Shown here: positions 50,048-61,100 of the stretch, piece after piece | Position numbering within the stretch: position 1 is the first letter of the stretch | Layout of the letters: each line of letters begins with the position of its first letter | Assembly: GCA_030248215.1 (NCBI GenBank) | Contig: JASANG010002430.1 | Location: forward strand, 124,001 to 188,000 | Reading direction: 5' to 3' | DNA length: 64,000 nucleotides | From: Enoplolaimus lenunculus | Lineage: Eukaryota | Translations under genes and position numbers: made by a program | The notes under the pieces: generated by a model | Databases searched by the model: none | Told to the model about the DNA's origin: nothing | What the model saw: the letters and a program-made list of their open reading frames with translations, nothing else

Positions 50048-52848
50048 GCCTTTCCCTCATCTGAAACCTATCCCGGTTGAATCTTACGGTATGAGGGGGT
50101 GCCGATAGCACAGGTGCCGGCTCAACCCGATCAACAATAGGTTGTTGGGCTGGGCTACGTTGAGATCGATACCTGAGTTGCAATCGAGGGTCCATAGCTA
50201 TTCCATCAATAATTGCCGGATCCCGTCTTCTTGGCTCTGCAGTCGATATTGATGTGGCTGTCGATACCGGAAACGGAACCGAGAAGTGCGAAGTCGGCAG
50301 ACTGGTTTCAGTGTGGGGCAACACCGGAGCTCTGCAAGTAATTGCTGTAGTTGCAGTTACTGCAGTCGTCGGCGATAACACCAACTGAGGTGCGGTCATT
50401 GTTGACGGTGTGGCGGAATGAGTCCTCTGTCTTCTATGACTCCCAACTGTTGCTGGTACTGTTACTACAGTGGCGTCTGCAGCAGCCGCAGCTGCAGCAA
50501 TTTGTGCAGCGACACGTGCACCAAGTGATGTCTGCGCTGTGGCTGACTCAATTGGTCCATTCGTATCGTTAGCTACTAGTGCCGCCGCTGTTAACGCCCC
50601 TGCCGGATCGAATCCCGCTTTATACTCTGCGTATCCAGGCTTGAGCGTAAACAGTGGCGTTCGGACTGCGTCCAGCGCCGAACCTATCGGGGGTCCAAGG
50701 CGAACTTTAGGAAATTTTGTCCTCAAAATTAATCGAGACGGTATTGACATAATCACAACAACGTCGTCTATTGGCATCCGAGTTACATCAACATTGTTAA
50801 CAGAGATAATTTCGTCTCCAATGTTGATGACCCCTGACTTTTCCGCTTCACCCCCAGCGGCCAACCTCGAAACAAATACGCCGTCCGTCCGATCCAGGCC
50901 ATTGCCTTCGCGAATATACAATCCCAACGTTTGCCCGGGCCGCTTAATAAGTTCGGTCGTTTGGCACACGTAGATCTCCATGAATCCTTTCGTGGTGCGG
51001 CTTGAAAACTCGACTCTGAAAATAATAAAATATGACAGTATTGCAAGTATATAATAAAGAATAATGTATAACTTCAAAACGCAAATATACATTGTAGTTC
51101 TATTTTAAGAATTTAAACGGTTCAAACTATTAACTACCGAGGCATAAGCTTTCAGTTCAGATGTGGAAGTTAATTTGGAACTTAAGTAAACGGCAAATTC
51201 CAATGCGTTGATTTTAACTCAGAATGATTTCAATCACTCAGCCTGAGTTACGGCTATCAGATCTCTGTATTCTGAATTGAGTCAACTTATTCTGAGCTAT
51301 TCAATAATTTCTCCCGAAATCAACTCAACTCAGGGTGAAATAATTATTGTTTGCTGATCGTTTTTGTCCTTGTGCCGATTTTCCGTAATTTTGCATAATT
51401 TTTACCTTAAATAAATTAAATTTTATGACAAAAAAATTTTTGCGGTTAGCCGTATCCGACATGGATCTCGCTTTAATGTGCACGGTAAGTGTATGCAAAG
51501 CAAAAGATTTCCATACATGTGTAGATATACCGCTATAAGATTACCACACGGTGCACTGATAGCAAGTTTGACTCGAACGCAAGAGGACCGATGCTTAACT
51601 CACAGCGTGTTCCTTAGCTTTGGGCAAAATTTCGAACCGGGGTCGTGCAGACCATATAATTCTAGCAATACCAATGTTCTATTTCAATTCAAATGTAATT
51701 TCAAGCTAGGACTCTAACCTCCAGGCTCTCGGGTAAGCATAACACTCGAACCCGTTGCGTCTATGTTGTACTGCACATACGTGAAATAAATATTAAAGAT
51801 TGTACATGCATTGTGTACATATTTATTGCACGTATACAATTTGCAATTAATTGCTCATAGTATACTCTATGCGTTAATGAGTTATTGGGTTAATCTTTAT
51901 ACCTGTCAACAACTCGATGCGACTGTCCACTGCTCCGACCCAACAGTGTAGAATAGCCATTGTCAACCTCGCGAATTTTATGATATATATCTTCCGATAT
52001 GCGACCAATGCCGGCATCTAAAAATTTAACAATTAACAACCAATATATTTATATACTTTGATGTAATTCATTTTTTAAGATTTTCAAGCAATGCAATCAA
52101 GATATACACTGCAATCAGGGTGCAACCGGAATTACAATTTACCGGAACCGGAACCGGAATTTGAAAATTTTACCGGAACCGGAAAGTGAGAAATGCATTT
52201 CACCAAAAACTTCATTTTAATCGTATTTTTTGCTCTATTATTTGTGAAATCACCTTAGTCGAACATAGGTATTTATTTTATTTGTTGTATTTTAGATTTT
52301 TATCATCGACTGAAGTGAAATCCACCATCAATGGCTTATATTCGGAGTACAAGTGGCTTTCAAAAGAGATTCTTAAAAATTAGCAAAGTTAAGAAAACGG
52401 CCAAATTATAACACCGGAATTTTTAAATCCGGTAAAAATTTACCGGAACCGGAACGTGAAAAAATGACGGAACCGGAATTCCGGTTGCACCCTGACTGCA
52501 ATATATATAACTTGGACCATGTATAGAACAAATTTCGTACCAGTTGCAGAGCCTTAAAAATAAGCATGAATCTAGGCCTAACATAAAGCTAACTTTCAGC
52601 CTTTGAGAAGTTTTTTGAATCATGTGTTGATGCAAATTGCGAATAACTAACACGACTCAAATTGCTCGAGCCAAAATTACAACGGCAAGTTGCAGTCGCA
52701 AATAAGTTACACTATAGTACACCTATAGATAACTTTGTATACCTTGTGGTCTATACTTGATCTGTGTGGCCCCGGGTGTACCGGCAGCAGCGGACGACAC
52801 AGGTGGCCATGACATTTCCGGTTCCCTACCACCCGCTGTTGGAAGTGC
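35879..52848 (-). CDS. syd-1: SYD-1 / RhoGAP100F / SYDE-family PDZ-C2-RhoGAP active-zone organiser, ~10 coding exons, ~2100 aa (whole span; N-terminus uncertain)
   Basis: [30 protein letters not shown]...[28 protein letters not shown]2 SGLLIVHV...[16 protein letters not shown]...W..AFEIDV; Rho[11 protein letters not shown]...[13 protein letters not shown]...[19 protein letters not shown]...LLDHLKLI...[10 protein letters not shown]. Exons join in phase. Confidence 0.93.
36011..36079 (-). repeat. (AAT)23 coding microsatellite, poly-Asn in SYD-1
   Basis: 69-nt pure repeat in frame within the terminal exon. Confidence 0.95.
37240..37400 (-). CDS. syd-1: SYD-1 RhoGAP exon
   Basis: ttttag|[14 protein letters not shown]...LDCLPNSNK|gtaaga; phase 1 to 0. 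Confidence 0.93.
37640..38487. repeat. 3 x ~281-bp near-identical tandem repeat
   Basis: Units start at 37640, 37921 and 38207; the middle unit has a 5-bp duplication (acttaactta) and one visible substitution. Confidence 0.95.
38745..39497. mobile_element. hAT-type MITE, GGTCTC-rich family
   Basis: Termini CAGGGATAAGCGGTCT / AGACCGCCCATCCCTG; flanks tcaaccaa/acaaccaa (7/8 TSD). Related ends at ~665 and ~54661-55095. Confidence 0.8.
39961..41417 (-). CDS. syd-1: SYD-1 exon (1457 nt): C2 domain and N-terminal half of RhoGAP
   Basis: ttatag acceptor and ACAG|gtatta donor; lies in the 520-aa ORF; phase 2 to 1. Confidence 0.92.
41903..41993 (-). CDS. syd-1: SYD-1 exon (91 nt)
   Basis: tttcag|DNYGKFESG...GYPF|gtatgt; phase 1 to 2 is required to restore the frame. 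Confidence 0.85.
42287..42739 (+). mobile_element. DINE-1/Helentron-like element copy
   Basis: Same start (ccagtcgtagtg..actacat), subrepeats, GACG tract and GCTTCGCTCAAT end as 8575-9134. Confidence 0.7.
42799..43767 (+). mobile_element. DINE-1/Helentron-like element copy with expanded internal subrepeats
   Basis: Same family with about four ~160-175-bp subrepeats. A 5' fragment also lies at 23916-24040. Confidence 0.7.
44337..44618 (-). CDS. syd-1: SYD-1 exon (282 nt)
   Basis: tttctag|SRHISAH...[10 protein letters not shown]|gttttt; phase 1 to 1. Confidence 0.85.
45912..45984 (-). pseudogene. tRNA-Ala(CGC)-like sequence, probably pseudo-tRNA or SINE-derived
   Basis: 73 nt folds as a cloverleaf: acceptor GGCCGCG/CGTGGCC+A, D arm GTGT/GCGC, anticodon loop CT-CGC-GA, TTCGATT T-loop. 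The T stem has two mismatches and the anticodon stem has one. Confidence 0.65.
46326..46367 (+). pseudogene. Truncated second tRNA-Ala-like copy (T arm deleted)
   Basis: GGCCGCGTGGTGTAATGGGAAGCGCGCTTGACTCGCGAGCGA matches the 5' half of the 45912-45984 copy in opposite orientation. Confidence 0.6.
46840..47568 (-). CDS. syd-1: SYD-1 exon (729 nt, R/S/P-rich linker)
   Basis: tttcag|DRVFQVPD...HVGRD|gtgagt; phase 1 to 1; lies in the 283-aa ORF. Confidence 0.88.
48233..51015 (-). CDS. syd-1: SYD-1 giant exon (2783 nt): PDZ domain plus Q/P/S/T-rich disordered region
   Basis: ttttcag acceptor at 51016 and GCAG|gtacgt donor; lies in the 961-aa ORF; phase 2 to 1. Confidence 0.9.
51604..51678 (-). 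CDS. syd-1: SYD-1 probable 75-nt symmetric exon
   Basis: aaatag|[25 protein letters not shown]|gtgagt; phase 2 to 2, open; skippable without frameshift. Confidence 0.5.
51903..52017 (-). CDS. syd-1: SYD-1 exon
   Basis: tttttag|[22 protein letters not shown]...VVDR|gtataa; phase 1 to 2. Resembles the pre-PDZ segment I recall from insect Syd-1. Confidence 0.8.
52116..52494. mobile_element. hAT-type MITE, complete copy (CCGGAA-rich family)
   Basis: 18-bp perfect TIR CAGGGTGCAACCGGAATT; 8-bp TSD ACTGCAAT at 52108-52115 and 52495-52502. Confidence 0.9.
52743..52848 (-). CDS. syd-1: SYD-1 most 5' supported exon (possible ATG at 52815, MSWPPVSS...)
   Basis: atttcag acceptor and CAAG|gtatac donor; GC-rich; frame [16 protein letters not shown]...KYRPQ ends phase 1, matching the next exon. 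Confidence 0.65.
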
Positions 52849-55800
52849 CTGAAATGCGAAAAAAACATTTTAGCATATTGTTGCAATTAAATTATTATCC
52901 GTTTTTGTTTTCCATATATTTTTACTATTATATATGTATATCTATATGTATATATATGTGCGTATATATACGTATTCATTTCCAAAATAGTGCTAAATTT
53001 GTGCGGCATACACTTAAAGTAGTCTATTCAACATTTTAAGGGTCAAAAAATTAAGGAAATGGATGCGTAGATTTTACATGATTTAACCGCGTAGAATACA
53101 ACTGTTTTCGAGATGCCAAACTTTTTTCCAATGGGGGTTGGAGAATCGTTCAACAGGATAATGAAGTCTTTATGTACAACTTAAAAAATTTCAATGTTAT
53201 GGCCATTCTATCTCTCCTCCAATCAAAACTTACTTGGGCGCATACATATACACGTATGCCTGATGGCAATGTTTACCATATAATATTGCAGTCGTAATGT
53301 TGTAAAATAACGGATTTTGTGTACAATAATTCTATATATTCAATATTTCTCCAAGAAATGGTACCTGTAAACATGGTGCAACATTTTACCGCGGTGCGTA
53401 ACGAACCCACCTTGCAAGGAGGCAAAAAAATTGGTATGACGACAATAAGGCTTTAAATTATGCTTAGATTTATTATAATATGCTTCAGGGCACAATTAGG
53501 CGGCGAGTTGTCTGGCCACGAATTGTCGTAGATTCAAATATATTTCAGGTGGGCATACAAACAAGGTTTTGATGTCTTACAGACAAGGTTAAAAACATTT
53601 TAAGGGGGTGGCAAAAATCTTTCAGGGTGCAGATCCCCCTTCTGGCCTTACTAAGCTCACTCGAATAATTCTTTTTATTAAAGTTATACTCTGTTATATC
53701 TAAAATCCAAGCTACTCGGGTCAACCCGGCGATTTCTCCGGCTCGACTAGAAAATCGACATCCGGAAAAATTTGCTGTGATCCAGTTCTGGTATAATTGT
53801 CATCTCCGGTCGCACACTCGTCGCTGCACTCAAAGTTAGTTTTGTAAAGTCCAAAAATCAAAACATTTTCTCGCCTTTACTAAAATAAACGCAAACATTA
53901 AAAACTGTCAGTGAGAAACGGAATCTTTCGCACCAACAACAACGATCGGCAGAAAACAATCACCCAGTCGCGATAAACGATTATTTTCGTAGTTCATTTC
54001 CGGTGTCCGATTTTGCCCTGTAGACAGCTCATTAACACGCCGAAGGACCCCAAAAAATTCAACAGGGGCATCAGGGGATTTGTAATATTTTACCAACCGG
54101 GTCCCGTTTTCCAGCAATGCAAATTTTTTTCTGATAAAGCTAAAAATAGCCAAACGTCATAAAATCTTTTCCGTATGCTTAAAACACGCGACGAGTCGTA
54201 GCTAGCACAACATGCTGGGGGTAGATGCAACCCAATTTAAGCAGGAGCATCCGGTTGATTTTGTGACATACAAGCGCGACTGAAACATTTTTAAGACGGT
54301 TAAAATGTTTTTGAAGGGGCTCAGAAGTCTTTTTAGGGTTCTTCGGGATACATTTTGGAAAATACTATAATTAGCTACTACTTCAGCAAACAAGAAAACA
54401 CAGTGGTCAATTTTAAAGTTTCGTAACTGTACTAAAAATCACGAAATTTTGCCGAAATCGATTGAAACGATTTTATTTCAAACTGTGATCATCATATAAA
54501 CATCATAATAGCGGGGGAAGGATACCGAGGATATACCACATCTCGAAACTTTTGGGTGAAACAACAAAAAAGTACTTTAACATTCTATAAGAGATAACCT
54601 TCCGCTTCCTAGAGGTCAAAAAGCTTTTTTCTACGTAAGTTTGTACTCTCCCCTCCTGAACATGGATGGGCGGCCTCGGTTAAAAACCGAAACCGGGACT
54701 GAGATCGAGACAGAGACCTGACTACCAATACGGGCCATGAAAAGTCTCGGTCTCGGTCAATTTGTCAATTTTTGGTCATACCAAAAAAAATTAAAATTTT
54801 CCAAATAAATTATTTCTAAAGTGTTTTTGTAGTTTTTTGTGTTCTTCATATCTTTTTGTGTTTTTGTAGAGTATCTGCTTACAATTTATTGCGTAACTAT
54901 GAAAAGTTATAGATTCACAGCGAAATATTATTCATCAGGCATCACTTATATACTTCAACAATACAGCCATACATTTGCTGAATCCTCGACTTCTGATCTT
55001 AGTTCAAAATCACCGATATTGAAAAAACCGAGACCGACACCTGCCAAAAACCGAGACTTGCTGAGACCGAGGCCGAGCCGAATACCGAGACTGTAATCGC
55101 AATGCTTTCGAAAGTCACACATGTAAGACGCCGTATACTTTGGCAAAGTACTAATCAGGAGTCGCACACATGCGAAGATATAGAGGAGATATATCCTTCA
55201 AAATTCTTCTGAAGACGAGAAAAACACTTTACCTTTCTTAGAATATAACTCGGTAGATCCGATAGAGTATAAATAAATTTTACCGGTTGTTACATTTCCT
55301 CTGTAAAAACAAATTTCATGAGGTGAAACACTTCCCCCGAAATTAAATCTATGTTACGTCTCGAAACCGATTTTTCTAACGCTGCCGTATCTTCAGCTTC
55401 AAACAGTGTCCCAAGGAAGAAGTCTCAATTTTACTGACATGGCTTACAAGCGGGTGCTTAAACTTTTCTTTTTTTTGCAAGACGGTGAAAATAGGCTTTC
55501 AGCTCCACCTACCTAGGATGTAGAGCTGGCTTGGTCTGGCCGTTTCAACCGAGGTACTGGTAGGTAACTTGTTTATATACGTCAGTATACGCGTTTGAAA
55601 GTTAAAATAGCATTTGATGTAGGCAAGAAACGCTATTATTACTGGTTTGGGGTTTTTAAATATGCCACAGCAAACCTAGTTTCGAAAATACACAGTAAAA
55701 AAACAGTCATGATTTTTCGCTTAAACGTGTACTTTTACCTGCCTTTAGACCAATGTTTACCTTTTTCGCTGCTGCCCGTACGAACACGGGCGCGTGAGCC

Positions 55801-57706
55801 GATCCAAAAACGAATGTGGTAATTCACGAGCGGGTGTAATACATTATACTGAACGAAACCGTTCGAACAAAGCGAACGAAACGCCAGACGTACTTTTAAC
55901 ACTAAATCCTAATATAAAGTTTTAATTGTAAAGTTCTACGGGTTCACTTAATTACATCCCCATTTTGCTGCGCCGTATACGTGAACCCTCCTTTGGCGGA
56001 TACGCAGGAGTTCTATCCTGGTCTTGGAAACCGCCTCAAGATCCCAAACCAAAGTGTTGTGCGAAGGTTTAGCAGTAAATTTTCGTTTGACTTTGACTTT
56101 GTCGTTCGCTTCACTCATCACAAGTTTTTTCCACTTCATATCTGGCGTGCCCCCATCAAAAATTTCTATGTCCGCCATTGAACGGAGTAAAAAAACTATT
56201 GTAGACTGTGTCTAAAACCTTTATACGTTTCTACAGTAAAATTTCAATGCTCAAGAAAATTACTTCTGTAAAGTTTAGGCTGGGGCAGTGTTTAATTGTT
56301 AAAATATGAGATTTATATCTGTACAACCTTATAGCTCTGGTAAGAAAGCAGTAATTATAAAATAAGTGAAGGGCTGGCTGGCAAGTTATGAAACGCAAAT
56401 TTTTCGGTATGCTATATATGTGCCTATTTTACTACTTAATCACAATAAATTTTCTGATGCGCCCCCTCTGGATCAGCTAGTGCATGCAATGGTAGGTAAT
56501 CATACATTATCAGGAGGGGCATTCACTGACAGACCCACGCGAGGAACCGCTGTCTAGACGCTTAACGCATAATTTTGTAAATATTTGAGTACTAAAACGG
56601 CGTCCAGCTTTTCGGGAGCGAAATTTTGCGAGGCATTTCTTTTAGAAATTTCTTTAAGGATTATATGCAACTTTACAAGCGAGTTTACAACTTTGATATT
56701 TGGTTAAATTTGATGACGGGATGAGTTGCAGGACTGTAGCCAAGAGGTGAGGGAACAGCGATGGGGCGCGGCCCCTTGGAAAAATATTAGCCCTTATAGA
56801 AAATTTTTAACTTTGCTTGAAAGTCAGCGAAAACCATTGTATGCGCCTCTTCAAAATCCTTTTGTTTCCCTAGCAAGGTGAACTCGTTACCCGCCTGGTG
56901 AGTTGATCTTCTCATGGTCCTCCTACGACTACCAGCTTGCTACCATACGCATTCTGGTGCACATGTAACAATGCTGACAGCTTCGCAACTTTCTGGCAAA
57001 AAACACCACGCAACATTAGGGAGAAATATAAAAAACATATACAGGGCTGGTATAAAAATTATTTACAGGGCTGGTATATATGTCGTAGCCATAGGCGCCG
57101 GAAGTGGGGAGGGGGCAGGGGGGGCACTTGCCCCGACAATAAAATTGTCTATAACTCACAATATCAAATTGCCGAGTACCTTTTCCACCAAAACAATCCA
57201 ACCCGCTGTTAAATTTGTACATTTTAAACTAACAGCAAAATACATATACACTAATATCGGTAAAAAAATAACGGAAACGGAAAACGGATATTGAATTAGA
57301 AAAACGCGTTACCGTTAAAGAAATACCGCGCTTAGTGAGGAAATTAATCAGTCTAAGCTTCAGATTATTGAAACAATATAGCGGTGATATTAACGTAGAC
57401 AGATTGAAGTTTAAGGCAGTTATTTGGTCAATCCAGCAACTACTGCATCAGCGGAACAAACTTTCTCAACTCTTCGAACGTAAAAACTTGAGGTCCAGGG
57501 CCGGAGCAGCCACCCCTATGCCTCCTATTTGCGAGGCCCCACATATAAAGGGGCCCCACTCTAACCGTTGAAATAAAAACCGCCGTCCGCGACTTTTTCC
57601 ATGGCTTTAGACACTACATAGACGTTAAAGTAACCCACAGGTTGCTTAATGTTAACAAATTTCCTCGCTCGCTACAATCACTGGCCCACAGTTTTACTTA
57701 AGATAG

Positions 57707-58156
57707 TACTGTATTGACCCGAATAAAAGGGGGGAGGGGTAATAAGAGGGGTCCCCATTTTGAGTCCTGATCAATAGGAGTCCGTATCCCTAATACGAAT
57801 CCGTAAGCGGATAGAGTCCCTAAACCCTAATTAGAGTCCATAAATGACAATTATCCCTAATTATAGCGCATAAATGGCTCCAGGACCAAATAATTTGAGC
57901 TCAAAACTTTAAAGCATGCTTATGTTTTGAAAGTGCATTTCTAAGTATAACTTTGCATTATCGCTCAAGCTATTGACACAAAACAAATATACGTTTAATT
58001 CAATGGATAATTGCAGTACCGGATATATATCAGTAACGAAGGGTGGCGGAGCGTGGGTTAAAAATAAATAACAGTCCACAACCGAATAACAACGGGGTGC
58101 CCTCTGGAGAGGCCAAATAAATATCAGTCTCCCCTCTAATTCGGGTCACTACAGTA
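57707..58156. mobile_element. Longer copy of the same TA-flanked MITE
   Basis: Same TIRs and left internal sequence as 30768-31030, with an extra ~190-bp middle. A third partial copy starts at ~37585. Confidence 0.8.
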
Positions 58157-61100
58157 TCACTCATCCGAAATGAAATATTCAAGAGCGGTAATAAAAACAA
58201 TTTTGGAGCGAGAAAGTGCGCGTGTGCTGTCTCGCCTGGTTCAGCATATAAAGATTGTATTAGCTTTTACCTAAAATATAAGCTATTCAGCTACTTTAGC
58301 AGAAAATGTCAAAAAAATTTCCCGTTGCGCGCGAATTGCGATTCATCTAAAAGACGAGCTCACTTTCTAGATTCAACGTTTTGCAAATTTTGTGTAAAAC
58401 TGTTTTGGAAGGTTGTGCTTGCAGCTATCGAACACTAGCGTGACCTCGGATGGAGAACCTCAGATCAAACACCGAGAAATTCTGGTTCCAACTAGACGTT
58501 GGAGCTTCCACCATGAAGTTTGTTGGGAGCCCCAACCCCTGTCTGCTCCGGCACTGTTGAGGTCCACATTGATACAAAAGCAATTAAACCACATGCTGAT
58601 AATGAGCGTTTTTTTCTCGTATCGTTGATAATTTGGCAGTGAATGACATAAAACATTTCATTTGTTGATAAAACGAAAAAGCTTTCTTGTTTACTATAGA
58701 GTTAAAGTGCATTGTTCATTTAGAGGAGCGTCTTGTCTGTCACATTATTTTAGTAAAACAATCTGATTTTCGCAAAATAACACTCTTTAGCATTAGACTT
58801 CGACCATTTAGGTACCATTGCGCCCCACCAATATTAATTTGTTTCCGGTGACGCTGGTTGAAGCCCAAACCATAGTTTGGACTAGTCCAGCGTTGAATTA
58901 CCACTGCGGACATGGCGTAATTCTTTCGCTGCTACAAGTGCTCGCCTTGCGATTGATTACCTTCTTAATATAATGTCATAATGAAATGCAATTTTCTGAT
59001 GCGAATACTGTTTTCTGATTGGCTAAGCAATCGGTTAAGGACTTGTTGGTTAGCAAGAACTTTGTTTTACTAAGCTAATTTGCCGTTATCAAGGAACTAA
59101 ACAGAAAACGCAAAGCGTTATCAGACATGTTTCCTTCGTCGGCTAGCCCATGACGCAGTTCCGCTTTGGACTAGCCCAATTCGGAATTGGGCTGACTTAC
59201 GACTTGGGCTATGATATATGTCAGTATATATGTATATATTTATATCCGTACATATCTACCGACATTTCATACATATATGAATATATAAAAACTGGTATGT
59301 AGAGTGTGTTAAGGCATATTGTACCACAAAACCTATCAAACGATGAAATCTCTCGCCTATCGAATATGATTTATTTAGTCATAAAAACCAAAAAGCGTCC
59401 GCGAAAAATATATACTCGTGAGACACTAGGGCGAAGGCAGGATTTTGGCTCGCGAAAATATAAGTCGGGTTGGATATACTAACCTCTTCATCTCTTTCAT
59501 CCCATACATATCTAAAAGGGCATAATCAAAACGATTCTCGTAACAGCATGAGGGTAAACCGCGAGTATGGATTTTTATAATAGTAAGAACGAAGAATATC
59601 TAGACAGAGTGGGGCAACTTCTACAATTAAACGTCAAGTTTGACTGAATGATGGCAAAATATAGGAAAATTCAAAGACGTATTCATATGGGGGTTCACGG
59701 CGTGTTTATATGTACCCCAAACCCCTCGTAAACAGTTAGACCAAATTCTGGTCATTTCAATACCTGAGGAAAGGCCATTTTTGACTACATGAAGCAATAT
59801 ACTTTTGACCAAACGTATCTAGATTCAGGTATTATTAAGATTCAGTACTAAAATTGCGTTTGATTTCTTGTTCGCAAGTATATTGCATGGTCATTTGTCA
59901 GTAACCTCATGATCTGTCACAATTCATGTGTATTCGGACCCGGAACCCAAGCACCTGTCAATTTGTCTTTTGTATTCATTTACAATATTTGTTACTCAAA
60001 TCTGTCTTGTTTTTAATAAAATGCCAAAACTTCAAAGTTTCGCGATGAATAATTTATTGAAAAAAGTTTGCACAAGCAACAACTCCGCACGTTCTTATCC
60101 AACTGAATTAAAATAAAAAATCTTAGCCCTTTGCCAGCATTCTCAATTGTGTTTAGCAGCTATCTCTAGTTGGTGTTGCACGCCTGTAGCCTGCTCACCT
60201 TTCTCGGTTAGGGCCAAACATTTTTCAAGAGGGCATATTAAATTAGCATTTAATTTCGAAATTTTAATTGACCCGCTTTGCTTTCGCACCATGCACTGAT
60301 TTTATAAATTGTTATTCTAGATTTTTATCAGTTTATAATTACAAACTTCATGAACGACAGAACTGTTATAAGACAAGAATAATTTCACTAGTAAAATTGG
60401 CCAAACGTCCAGTAAAAATTCTACCAGAGGCGGGATGTTTTGCACCAGTCATACGCAGACGTCCGTTTACCCGCAATTGGAAAATCTTTACCCGCGTGTA
60501 TACTCGCGTCAAAAATTTCTTACCTGGCTCGCATTTTATACGCAGGTACCCGCCGGCCGCGTCATGATTTCAGTTGTTGAGATGAAATACGATATCTGCA
60601 TCTAAAAGGCACTTAACTACAACGCTTTTACCCAATTTCAATTTACATTTTTGAGAGCAAACTCGAGTTTGAACCACAATGTAGCGCCCTTTTGCCATAA
60701 ATAGGCCACAATGGTTTGCTACAACACCGGAAATCCAAACCTTGTTCCCACAAACAGAAATCAAAACCAAAATTTTCTACTGTGATTTGGTAATAAAATG
60801 GCGTTTGGCTTCTGCTCCGGCGGTGCCGCGTACCGAGAAATTTGTATTAGGTCGCATCCAGGTCGGCACAATGGGTTGCGTAGCTTCGCAAAACCAAACT
60901 TAGGTCAGTTTATAGCACTGGCGGACCCTAAATTTTGCAGGAGAGATCCGAGGTCCGCCTAGCTCCTCGAGTTAGTAGTTCTGAGAGGAATTTTCGAGTT
61001 CTCTATAATGCAGTCTAACTTTTCGCGGGTTGAGTAATTGGACCACACCGAACCGTTTGCAATATGGGCACGACTTGAAAAAAAGTATCGCAAGCAAAAT

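Noticed and set aside
48160..50973. Plus-strand Cys/Val-rich ORFs (metallothionein-like)
   Set aside because: Antisense shadows of the (CAA)n polyQ tracts in the syd-1 exon
51016..51092. ORF-track start MYICVLKLY... as a signal peptide for the 961-aa ORF
   Set aside because: This is intronic sequence upstream of the TTTTCAG acceptor; the ORF tail past 48233 is likewise intronic
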